A DNA stretch of 63,980 nt, the filler included, from Octopus bimaculoides (lineage: Eukaryota): NCBI RefSeq assembly GCF_001194135.2. It is 4 parts of 4 records of this genome, joined end to end, with 100 filler letters (N's around TTAATTAATTAA, not from the genome) between each part and the next. Parts side by side here need not be neighbours in the genome. Positions count along the whole stretch, not along the records: positions 46,102 to 62,869 come from NC_068999.1; 3 more parts are not named here. One strand, given 5' to 3'. A model generated the notes under the pieces. It made no database searches and was not told the DNA's origin. It saw only the letters and a program-made list of their open reading frames with translations. Below are positions 51,018-62,800 of the stretch, piece by piece (position 1 is the first letter of the stretch; every line of letters starts with the position of its first letter). A program made the translations under genes and the position numbers.

Positions 51018-52284
51018 NNNNNNNNNNNNNNNNNNNNNNNNNNNNNNNNNNNNNNNNNNNNNNNNNNNNNNNNNNNNNNNNNNNNNNNNNNNNNNNNNNN
51101 NNNNNNNNNNNNNNNNNNNNNNNNNNNNNNNNNNNNNNNNNNNNNNNNNNNNNNNNNNNNNNNNNNNNNNNNNNNNNNNNNNNNNNNNNNNNNNNNNNNN
51201 NNNNNNNNNNNNNNNNNNNNNNNNNNNNNNNNNNNNNNNNNNNNNNNNNNNNNNNNNNNNNNNNNNNNNNNNNNNNNNNNNNNNNNNNNNNNNNNNNNNN
51301 NNNNNNNNNNNNNNNNNNNNNNNNNNNNNNNNNNNNNNNNNNNNNNNNNNNNNNNNNNNNNNNNNNNNNNNNNNNNNNNNNNNNNNNNNNNNNNNNNNNN
51401 NNNNNNNNNNNNNNNNNNNNNNNNNNNNNNNNNNNNNNNNNNNNNNNNNNNNNNNNNNNNNNNNNNNNNNNNNNNNNNNNNNNNNNNNNNNNNNNNNNNN
51501 NNNNNNNNNNNNNNNNNNNNNNNNNNNNNNNNNNNNNNNNNNNNNNNNNNNNNNNNNNNNNNNNNNNNNNNNNNNNNNNNNNNNNNNNNNNCAACTATAT
51601 GTAGTTAAAGCAATCAAATCTAAGAAATCTAAGAAATCAAATCTAAGAAGACTTCACAGAAGGAACAGTAAACGGGGTGGATGTTTGGGTGTTAGGAATA
51701 AAGAGGAGGAGAAGAAAGAGATGGGAGAGAAGCTGGAGGAGGAGGACGACAACGACGTGGCGGCTGACTGTGTGATTTTTTCCACATGCAATGGTATCTA
51801 TCTACCTTTTCTTGCACAAACATCATCTAACAACGGGAAATTTTTCAGGAATTTTTTCGCGAATCGGAACGAAAATAACGGTTTGTGTTGAGAATGATGA
51901 AAAAGATGAACATTGAAAACAGTTTCCATGTGTAGATATTGATAAGAATTGACTGCAAGAGAACCGTAGGGGAGAAGATATTCTGCTGAGGCAATTATAT
52001 GTAAATATTTGGCTTACTTAACACTTGTGTAATTCAAGCCATCTGCTCAGTTTATAATTTCTTGCTTTCATATCAGACATGAGATACGCTTGATAAATAT
52101 TTGTTTGGCATGAGTGAGACGACGACATTATGATAACAGGTTTTGTTGCTAACTGTGGCTTGGTGGACAACATTACATTCTTATCGATAGATTGTTTCCT
52201 TTGGTTCACTGTAAACCAATGGCGGCGGTGGTAGTGGTGGTAGTAGTGGTGGTGATAATCGTGCTAATATTATTGGAGGTAGCA

Positions 52285-52830
52285 AAGGCAGCGTGCTGGC
52301 AGAATCGTTACCAAACCAGTCGAGTACTGGAGTCAGTGTAACCGACTTACTCCTCCCCAAAATTGCTGGCCTTGTTCCAAAATTTGAAACCAATATTTAA
52401 GGCGGTGAGCTGGCAGAAACGTTAGCACGCCGGGCGAAATGCTTAGCGGTATTTCGTCGGCCGTTACGTTCTGAGTTCAAATTCCGCCGAGGTTGACTTT
52501 GCCCTTCATCCTTTCGCGGTAGATAAATAAAGTACCAGTTACGCACTGGGGTCGATGTAATCGACTTAATCCCTTTGTCTGTCCTTGTTTGTCCTCTCTG
52601 TGTGTAGCCCCTTGTGGGCAGTAAAGAAATAAGAATCGTTATCGCGCCGGCAAAATACTTATAGGCATTTCGTCCGTCTTCATGTTCTGAGTTCAAATTC
52701 CGCCGAGGTCGACTTTGCCTTTCACCCCTTTTGGGGTCGATTAAAATAAGTACCTATTGAACACTTGGGTCGATGTAATCGACTTATCCCCTCCCTGAAA
52801 TTGCTGGCCTTGTGCCAAAATTTGAGAGTG
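52285..52830 (+). mobile_element. Tandem cluster of CpG-intact tRNA-derived SINEs
   Basis: Heads at about 52285, 52398 and 52632 (5'-truncated); B boxes gagttcaaattcc. Confidence 0.85.
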
Positions 52831-53361
52831 GTAGTGATAGCATTGTTCTAGAGTTCGTAGTATGGGTGGAGGTAGTATTGGTGAGAGAAGTATTGGAGGT
52901 GGTGGTGGTGGTGGTAGTAGCAGTGTTGTGGGTAGTAATAGTAGTATTGATAGTGAAAATGCTATTGGTGATAGTATTGGCGGCAGTAATAGGAGTATTG
53001 GTGGTGGTAATAATGGTGGTAGCATAGGTGTTGGTAGCGGTATGGTAGTAGTAGTGGCTTTGNNNNNNNNNNNNNNNNNNNNNNNNNNNNNNNNNNNNNN
53101 NNNNNNNNNNNNNNNNNNNNNNNNNNNNNNNNNNNNNNNNNNNNNNNNNNNNNNNNNNNNNNNNNNNNNNNNNNNNNNNNNNNNNNNNNNNNNNNNNNNN
53201 NNNNNNNNNNNNNNNNNNNNNNGTGGTGGTAGTGAATATGGTAGTTGCAGTACGTGTGAGTGGTACACCAGTGGTGGTGGTGGTGAGTATTAGTATAAGT
53301 AGTAGTAGTGGTGGTGGTGGTGGTAATCAAGTTGAGTAGTAGTTGTAGTAGAAATAATAGT

Positions 53362-53396
<35 letters not shown>

Positions 53397-53600
53397 TAGT
53401 AGTAGTAACAGCAATGGTGATAGTGAGAGTGGTGAGTGCGGAATAGTATTGGTGGTGGTGGTAGTGAGAGTGGGGAATAGTGGTGGTGATGGTAGTAGTA
53501 GTAGTAGCAGTGGTGATGGTGGTGGTGGTAGCAGAGGTGATAGTGGTGGCGAATGGGGAAATGGTGCCAGTGAAAGTGGAGGTGAGAAAGTAATAGAAAT
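52830..53600. repeat. Degenerate (GGT/AGT/AGC)n trinucleotide block
   Basis: Directly visible. It explains the G/S/V-rich ORFs. Confidence 0.9.
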
Positions 53601-54302
53601 CATATTGTTTACTTTTGTTGTATGTACTTCAACAACGTAGGAGAGGAGGGAAATGGGATTGCCAGAACTGTTAGAGAGTAAGGGCAAAAATACCACCGAG
53701 TATTTGTTCCATTTCTTTATGTTTTGTGTTCAAATCCCACAAATGTCAACTTTGTCTTTCATCCATCGTGGAACAATAAAATAGACCAGCAATTAAGACC
53801 TGGGCTGATTTTATCTCTGCAGACATGCAATGGGCTGGCATGATATAGTAAGGCCTATATTCCTGTCCAACCATGCGGTCTCTTGCCTGGGCCGGCTTTA
53901 AGCCAATTCGATAGATTAGTTCAAATTGAGCCCCGCGCACAAGCTCGAGCGGAGGGTGTTGAGATGAATTAAACCTTTTGACTGCATTAAGCAAAATTTC
54001 CACGCAATTCATTTTATCTTTTCGTACGACAAGCGGATTTACTCTTTTGACTTTAGAAAGTCGTCTTATTTAACTGCGATATTATGTTCTACGAAATGAG
54101 TACATGACAACTTTTGACAGGCAGGGCATCTGAATCAGTTCAGCTCAGTTATCTTAAGGTCTATTCACAAACAACATGTCAGTAATTATAAAACATTATG
54201 AGCTTTCAATATTTAGTATATCGTTGTGGCTAATAGTGGAGCCTCAAGCCTCGACGTTTTCTGGCTGGAACTGGGGTACAACACGAAACATAAAAGATCA
54301 AT

Positions 54303-54484
54303 ACAGTTCTATATTTAAGAGATGAGGAATTATATACATTATTTACATTATTTATATTCGACGGATATTTGTCATCATCTTGTTTGTTGTTAACACAACG
54401 TTTCGGCTGATATACCCTCCAGCCTTCTTCATGTGTCTTGGGGAAATTTCGAACCAGGGTTCTCATTCCTAAGGTGTTTTTGGA

Positions 54485-54518
<34 letters not shown>

Positions 54519-54645
54519 GTTCAGGTCACTGCTTGGAATCGAACTCAGAATCTTGAGGTTAGTAGCCCGCGCTCTTAACCACTACGCCATATGCCCGTGG
54601 GCTACTAACCCCAAGATTCCGAGTTCGATTCCAAGCAGTGACTTG

Positions 54646-54727
<82 letters not shown>

Positions 54728-54874
54728 TCGAAAAACACCTTAGGAATGAGAACCCAGGTTCGAAATTTCCCCAAGACATCTGAAGAAGGCTGGAGGGTAT
54801 ATCAGCCGAAACGTTGTGTTAACAACAAACAAGATGAGGACAAATATCCGTCGAATGTAAATAATGTAAATAAT
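54303..54874. mobile_element. Head-to-head dimer of a tRNA-headed, hammerhead-containing SINE with a 13-bp TSD
   Basis: Near-perfect inverted arms around a loop of about 30 nt at 54569-54598. TSD ataaaagatcaat at 54290-54302 and 54875-54887. A box 54579-54589(-); B boxes 54535-54546(-) and 54621-54632(+). Confidence 0.88.
54775..54820 (+). ncRNA. Minimal type I hammerhead ribozyme motif
   Basis: gacat-CTGAAGA-a-ggctg-gagggtatat-cagcc-GAAA-CG-TT-gtgtt. Stem II ggctg/cagcc; stem III within the palindrome AACGTT; predicted cleavage after 54815. Confidence 0.75.
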
Positions 54875-55138
54875 ATAAAAGATCAATTTTCAGCGTTTGT
54901 GGAGTAGAGGGCCTCTCATTTCTTAATGCAGGCCCTACACCTGACCGACCGAAGTGATACACGGTTTGGAGAGCATTGTCATTAAGTCAATTATATCTGC
55001 CAGCAACCGTCAACACAACGCGTCTCTGAACACGATCCTACACAAGCATAGTCTTACTCATTCACACATTTGCACTAAAAGTGGACAATATTAGAAGGTA
55101 TTTCAACTCTGTCAGCCATAAAATATGTGTGAGCATTA

Positions 55139-55506
55139 AGGCAGCGAAGCTGGCAGAAACGTTAGCGCGCCGGGCGAAATGCTTAGTGGTATTTCATCTG
55201 CCGTTACTTTCTGAGTTCAAATTCCGCCGAGGTCAACTTCGCCTTTCATCCTTTCGGGGTCGATCAATCAAGTATCAGTTATGCACTGGGGTCGATGTAA
55301 TTGACTTAATCCCTTTGTCTGTCCTTGTTTGTCCCCTCTATGTTTAGCCCCTTGTGGGCAATAAAGAAATAAGAAACGTTAGCACGCTGGATGAAATGCT
55401 TAGCGGTATTTCGTCTGTCTTTACGTTCTCAGTTCAAATTCCGCCGAGGTCAACTTCGCCTTTCATCCTTTCGGGGTCGATCAATCAAGTATCAGTTATG
55501 CACTGG
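55139..55506 (+). mobile_element. Tandem tRNA-derived SINE dimer (runs into gap)
   Basis: A full head at 55139, then tail gggcaataaagaaataagaa fused to aacgttagcac of a second unit at about 55375. Confidence 0.85.
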
Positions 55507-56235
55507 NNNNNNNNNNNNNNNNNNNNNNNNNNNNNNNNNNNNNNNNNNNNNNNNNNNNNNNNNNNNNNNNNNNNNNNNNNNNNNNNNNNNNNNNNNNNNN
55601 NNNNNNNNNNNNNNNNNNNNNNNNNNNNNNNNNNNNNNNNNNNNNNNNNNNNNNNNNNNNNNNNNNNNNNNNNNNNNNNNNNNNNNNNNNNNNNNNNNNN
55701 NNNNNNNNNNNNNNNNNNNNNNNNNNNNNNNNNACCCAATGTATGCAACTAGAATAGTATTAAATTGAAATAACAATCTATGTATCACATGTAGCTTATA
55801 TACACCGTTGACAGGCAACAACCAGCGGTTTTCGTCCGAGATAAAATCTCTTATAGACGTGCTGTGTCATAGTTTATTTACGTTTTCGTAACTAAGCGGC
55901 TCGATAAAAGAGCCCGATAGAATAAGTACCAAACTAGAATATCTATTGGGGTCGATTTGTTCGATTAAACCCTTCAAGGCGGTGCCCCAGCATAGCCGCA
56001 GTCTGAAACAAGTAAATGACACGTGTGCTGTGAATTTCCTGGCTTTAAGAATATCACAAAAGGTCTGGCTGGAGATCTAACCTTCTTAGTTCTTTTAGAG
56101 GGCGTAGAAAAACTGAAGGACCGCTGCAATAAGTGTATGTATCTAATAGGGGAATATGTTGAATAAATTAACTGATCCTCCTGCATTTTCTTTTATCCAA
56201 AGCCAGGAACGTTTCAGCATCTCCGCCTCATATGT

Positions 56236-56315
<80 letters not shown>

Positions 56316-56499
56316 GTTTTTTTCCTTAATTTCTATAAAAAAATTTTCAGCTTTAAAGCTGCGATCATGCTGGGGCACCACACATACAAACATACATACA
56401 TACATACACATAAAAATATATATATGTGTATACATGTATAAATGCACGTACGGTTGCGTGTGTGTGATATATTTCCTTTATCAAATTTAATGATAGCCT

Positions 56500-56846
56500 G
56501 TCCATCCATTTTCTCCGCCCACTTGGATCCTCAGACACCTCCTCCACGAAGTAGCCGTCGTTACATTTTCTGGCTGAATTCCCCAATTCCCCGAGCATGA
56601 CCAACGGAGACCGTAGATATTATCCAGCCATCATGTTCTTAGTCTATCCCGAGGATTCCTACTGTGTTGCTCGGCTTCAAGATTCCGTCTTTCGATTTTT
56701 TCCTGTGACATTCTAATGACATACCCGTAGTTCCAGAGCTGTGACCTCGCAATGCGGAGAAGTAGCGGTTCGATCTTCAGAGACTTCATTATCTCTGGGC
56801 TACGTTTATCTCCAGTAACGACGTCCCAGCAACTGGCATTAAATGC
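56500..56846 (-). pseudogene. RTE LINE C-terminal fragment
   Basis: DKRSPEIMKSLKIEPLLLRIARSQLWNYGYVIRMSQEKI..RNPRDRLRT*WLDNI resembles the RTE RSQLRW.GHV.RM..GRPR.RW.D region. Confidence 0.75.
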
Positions 56847-57089
56847 AGAAATAAATAAGTAATAGAACTAGTGGATGAAATGAAAAACTAGAAGACGTGT
56901 CACATCTGCTCCCGACTATGCTGCACTTCATCTGCGCCTGAAACCACGGATGAAGCAATATTTTATTTACAAAGTGTTAAATATACTGTTTGTCGCAAAG
57001 GTGGGGAAAAGAGGAGTAGCATCCACGCCTGATTAAATTACATCTTACGTGAATCTGAAGTGATAGATGTACGAAAATGTATATATATA

Positions 57090-57122
<33 letters not shown>

Positions 57123-57466
57123 TAGAGAGAGAGCGAGACAAAAGTGTACGTACGCCGCTGTATATATGTAAAATACAAAAGGGAATAAAATACAACATTA
57201 ATCAAAACATGAACAAGCAAGAAAAAACAACAACGCGAGGACGTAGCACGAGTACTGTGTTANNNNNNNNNNNNNNNNNNNNNNNNNNNNNNNNNNNNNN
57301 NNNNNNNNNNNNNNNNNNNNNNNNNNNNNNNNNNNNNNNNNNNNNNNNNNNNNNNNNNNNNNNNNNNNNNNNNNNNNNNNNNNNNNNNNNNNNNNNNNNN
57401 NNNNNNNNNNNNNNNNNNNNNNNNNNNNNNNNNNNNNNNNNNNNNNNNNNNNNNNNNNNNNNNNNN

Positions 57467-57506
<40 letters not shown>

Positions 57507-57916
57507 AAGGAATTCCGCGTCTGAGGGTGATTATGACGGAAATAAAGTAAGAATGTTAGGGGGAGGGGAGAGGGGATGAGAAAAGCAAAGAATGACGGAG
57601 ACCAACAGATACACATAGCTTATACAATCCTACGTATACGCTAACATACACGTGCACACAAATCCAAACACATACACACTTGTAACCAAAGCTGCAGGCA
57701 ATAGTTATATATACACTATACCAAACATCCGAGGAAGAATCTATTTTGCTTTGTTGTAGAAATATCTTGAAAAGATTCTCAAACGTTTTAATGACAATAG
57801 CCATACTTTGTATTAAAATACCATATTTACAGCTATATTCAGTTGGCATACGTATGAGTATATGTTGCAGAATAATTTTCATGTTCATCATTTTCATTGC
57901 TACATGTTACATGCAT

Positions 57917-58390
57917 GGTGGCGATCTGGCAGAATCGTTAGCAAGCCGTGCAAAATGCTTAGCGGCATTTCGTCCGTCTTTCCTTTCTGAGTTCAAATTC
58001 CGCCGAGGTCGACTTTGTTTTCCATCTTTCCTGGGTCGATAAAATAAATACCAGTTAAGCACTGGGGTGGACACAATCAGCATACACCCTCCCCCAAAAT
58101 TTCAGGCCTTGTGCCTATAATAGAAAGGATTTAATGTCACATATCCTTTACTGTCACAAAATTGGATTTAATATAATATTGTTTTAACATTTTGGCACAA
58201 GGCCAGCAATTTCGTGGGTGGGGTAAATCGATTACATCGATTCCGGTGCTCAGCTGGTACTTACTTTATCAACGCTGAAAGGATGAAAGGCAAAGTTGAC
58301 CTCGTCGGAATTTGAACCCAGAGAGTAAAGGCGGACCAAATACCACATAGCATTTTACCTGGCGTGCCAACAATTCTGCCAAGTCGCTGT
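57917..58390. mobile_element. Two tRNA-derived SINEs in tail-to-tail orientation
   Basis: 57917-58130 (+) and 58190-58390 (-), same family as 42416. Another minus copy lies at 60005-60142. Confidence 0.8.
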
Positions 58391-58709
58391 CTTTGGGTAT
58401 AATATAATATTAGATGTGAGAGTGGATAAAGAACGAAGTATATGTTTCTGTTTGGAACCCCCAGGTTTCTGTCATGAAGGTGCTTCGTTACTAGTCTTCA
58501 GATGTTCGAGTGAGACCCTGGTCCACACATTCTCTAGTCTCTTATCACTGTGAATGGTTGAAAGAGTCTAAATCTCTGAAACCAAAACTCTGGACAAACG
58601 TTACCGATATTGTGATGTCATAATCAGATTATAGTAAATTGAAAATTTCGCACGCATGCGCGTATAGGTACACAAAGACAGACACACAGATACGTAAACA
58701 CGTACACAC

Positions 58710-58743
<34 letters not shown>

Positions 58744-58766
58744 AGAGAGGAGGAGGTGGAGTAAGA

Positions 58767-58804
<38 letters not shown>

Positions 58805-59757
58805 NNNNNNNNNNNNNNNNNNNNNNNNNNNNNNNNNNNNNNNNNNNNNNNNNNNNNNNNNNNNNNNNNNNNNNNNNNNNNNNNNNNNNNNNNNNNNNNN
58901 NNNNNNNNNNNNNNNNNNNNNNNNNNNNNNNNNNNNNNNNNNNNNNNNNNNNNNNNNNNNNNNNNNNNNNNNNNNNNNNNNNNNNNNNNNNNNNNNNNNN
59001 NNNNNNNNNNNNNNNNNNNNNNNNNNNNNNNNNNNNNNNNNNNNNNNNNNNNNNNNNNNNNNNNNNNNNNNNNNNNNNNNNNNNNNNNNNNNNNNNNNNN
59101 NNNNNNNNNNNNNNNNNNNNNNNNNNNNNNNNNNNNNNNNNNNNNNNNNNNNNNNNNNNNNNNNNNNNNNNNNNNNNNNNNNNNNNNNNNNNNNNNNNNN
59201 NNNNNNNNNNNNNNNNNNNNNNNNNNNNNNNNNNNNNNNNNNNNNNNNNNNNNNNNNNNNNNNNNNNNNNNNNNNNNNNNNNNNNNNNNNNNNNNNNNNN
59301 NNNNNNNNNNNNNNNNNNNNNNNNNNNNNNNNNNNNNNNNNNNNNNNNNNNNNNNNNNNNNNNNNNNNNNNNNNNNNNNNNNNNNNNNNNNNNNNNNNNN
59401 NNNNNNNNNNNNNNNNNNNNNNNNNNNNNNNNNNNNNNNNNNNNNNNNNNNNNNNNNNNNNNNNNNNNNNNNNNNNNNNNNNNNNNNNNNNNNNNNNNNN
59501 NNNNNNNNNNNNNNNNNNNNNNNNNNNNNNNNNNNNNNNNNNNNNNNNNNNNNNNNNNNNNNNNNNNNNNNNNNNNNNNNNNNNNNNNNNNNNNNNNNNN
59601 NNNNNNNNNNNNNNNNNNNNNNNNNNNNNNNNNNNNNNNNNNNNNNNNNNNNNNNNNNNNNNNNNNNNNNNNNNNNNNNNNNNNNNNNNNNNNNNNNNNN
59701 NNNNNNNNNNNNNNNNNNNNNNNNNNNNNNNNNNNNNNNNNNNNNNNNNNNNNNNNN

Positions 59758-59794
<37 letters not shown>

Positions 59795-60406
59795 CTGTGT
59801 ATGTATGTGTTTACTTTTGTGCATTTTCTTCCACTTGGGATAATTGATTGGAGACTAGTTGATCCCAGCTATCCTACCAGCTGACTTTCAAATATCGGAT
59901 TTTCCATTCCAAGTAAATTACTACAACAATGTTGCAAATGTTTTGTTTTTACAGTAAGACTGCGAGATAAAAGTTCGGAAACTAATGCTAATATTCTTTG
60001 CTCCTCTAGGTACAAGGCCCGGAATTTGGGGGAGGGGGCCAGTCGATTAGATCGACCCCAGTACGCAAATGGTAACTAATTTATAGACACCGAAAGGAGG
60101 AAAGGCAAAATCGATCTCGGCGGAATTTGAACTCAGAACGTGAGGAAAATGAGGAGCCGAAAAATATATTTATGGATTTTGATAAACAACCCATTATACT
60201 CATAAAGCACATGAGTGGCTGTGTGGTAAGAGACCTGATTCACAACATCATGGTTCTAGGTTCAGTCTCACTGCGTGGCACTTTAGGCAAGTATCTTCTA
60301 CTATAGCCTCCATCGAACGAACAGCTTGTGAGGGAATTTGGAAGACGGAAACTGAAAGACGACCGTCTCATACACACACACACACACATATACGTATATG
60401 CATACA

Positions 60407-61200
60407 CAGGGTGCGATGGGTAAATTGTTGCTATTTTATATTTTTAATTTTGCGCAAGCCCATTGTTTGTTTTTGAATTTGCCTACTACTCAGTAGAGTA
60501 GGGTCAGTTGAGCACAGTCTGTGAGAAAAACAGCACCATGACACAATTGACTCTGTCAGAAATTTGGAAACGACATGCTTAATGCCTGGCATTCGCGCCA
60601 GAAGCTCCAATATGAGCATTTCAGGGTTTAGGTGTCAATCTGAGGACAGTGCAATCTGAGGACTTGTACCGAGAGTGATAAAAATCAAACATCTAGTCAA
60701 CATCATAATATCTGGAGTGATCACTAGAGATAGCAACGTTATGCCGCCATTCATCTTCCCACACAGCCTCAGACTCAACACAGAGGCCTACATCAAGTGC
60801 CTGAAGGAGGTAGCGCTGCCTTGGGTTAACAGGGTGGCTGCTGAAAGACCCCATGTCTAGCAACAAGACTCTGCACCATGCCACACAAGCAGGAGAACGC
60901 AGTCACGGCTGTCAGACAATTTCTGCGACCACATCACCCCTAACATCTGGGCACCTAACTTCCCAGACTGAAGCTCCCTTGATTATTATGTGTGAGACGC
61001 GGTTGAGTGAGTGGCCAACAGAACTCCTTGTGACACCAAAAATTGAACTGACGGAAAGGATTATGGCAGCATTCATCAGCTTAAAAAAGGAGACCGTCCA
61101 GAAAAATTGCAGAAGTTTCCAAAATCGTCTGGAGGATGTATTGGAAGCCAACGGTCATTTGAATAAATTTACTCTTTAGTATTTCAAGATATTCTTATGT
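60407..61200 (+). pseudogene. Internally deleted DD37D (maT-type) Tc1/mariner-superfamily relic
   Basis: TIR-like cagggtgcgatgggtaaattg; VMPPFIFP..LNTEAYIKCL..QQDSAPCH..WAPNFPD*SSLDYYV. D60867 to D60981 gives 37 intervening codons. Confidence 0.88.
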
Positions 61201-61809
61201 AACTTTGGTAAATATATGTTAAAATGAGATGTGAGTGTTATTTACAGTTTCGTGTATGTATGTATGTATGTACGTATGCATGTATGCATGTATGCATGTA
61301 TGCATGTATGCGTGTATGTATGTATGTATGTATGTATGTATGTATGTGTGTATGTGTGCGTGCGTGTGTTCGTGTGTGTCAGTGTCTGTATATGACACAG
61401 CTTTCTAACACATTCACTCACACCATATTTGTCGTGCCGGAGCTGTAATAGAAGCTAGTTGCTCAAGTTATTGTGTTGTGGGATTGATATTACATACATG
61501 TATATATGTATATATATATANNNNNNNNNNNNNNNNNNNNNNNNNNNNNNNNNNNNNNNNNNNNNNNNNNNNNNNNNNNNNNNNNNNNNNNNNNNNNNNN
61601 NNNNNNNNNNNNNNNNNNNNNNNNNNNNNNNNNNNNNNNNNNNNNNNNNNNNNNNNNNNNNNNNNNNNNNNNNNNNNNNNNNNNNNNNNNNNNNNNNNNN
61701 NNNNNNNNNNNNNNNNNNNNNNNNNNNNNNNNNNNNNNNNNNNNNNNNNNNNNNNNNNNNNNNNNNNNNNNNNNNNNNNNNNNNNNNNNNNNNNNNNNNN
61801 NNNNNNNNN

Positions 61810-61867
<58 letters not shown>

Positions 61868-62193
61868 GAACACAAACATACAAATACACATGCACCCCCA
61901 ATCAGTGTTAAATTGATGTGGGTTATTAAAAATTCTACAACTGAAACAATTATAAGGCTTAGTTGTCACCAATGGACCAGTTAGCCATCATTATACCATT
62001 GAGCTGTGTCTGGATGTTTTCAGACTTAAAAACAATGGTTAATCTGTTTTTAATTAGGCCATAAAATTACTAAAATTTGTGTCGAATTCTCTTGCGTTTT
62101 GACACCGTGAAATGAAGATGTCAACCAGCAAATCGTTGCAATTAATAATTCTTATATATAAAGGTGTCACAATTATAATACCAGGCGGACTAG

Positions 62194-62234
<41 letters not shown>

Positions 62235-62242
62235 CGCGTTAA

Positions 62243-62294
<52 letters not shown>

Positions 62295-62539
62295 TATATA
62301 CTTGCAAACATACATGCATACATACGCAAAAATCGAGTTATGCAAATGGGTAACCTCGCACACACACACACACACTTAGGCGCGCGCGCACACACACGCA
62401 GGTAGTTTGTTAGGGTAAATAATACATACAGATACATATATATATGAGTAGACGTGTATATATGTATATATATGTGTGTACGTATGTGCGCACGTAGACG
62501 AACTACTAGCGTTCTACCTCAGATTTGCGTTTGGCCGTA

Positions 62540-62800
62540 CGGCTCTTGAATGTTGTTTTCACTGTCCAATTTTTCCTGTCTTGGTTTGTGTTTGCCACCT
62601 TGGAATCCTCTGTGTAGTGGGTTGATCCACTACTCAGGAAGAGACTATTCTAGAGTACGTTCTGTCTTATCTTCGAAACGTCTAGATAGAATAGAGACAG
62701 CTGATGAAGGGATATTCCAAGTGGCTTTCCGTTTTCCTATGTGTTCGTTCCGTTGTCTGTAGTTTATTGTTCTAACGTCCTGTACTCTGATATGCATATA
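62540..62800 (+). mobile_element. PLE pseudo-LTR-like repeat with hammerhead core fragments in permuted order
   Basis: GAAACGTC at 62675-62682 precedes CTGATGA at 62701-62707. Confidence 0.4.

Noticed and set aside
54520-54600. Genuine tRNA gene
   Set aside because: The acceptor and T stems do not pair properly and it is fused to a repeat body; it is a SINE head.
9351-62437. Long ORFs in the track containing X runs or YI/HT/VC/poly-N/poly-L stretches
   Set aside because: They are translations through N gaps and microsatellites, not genes.
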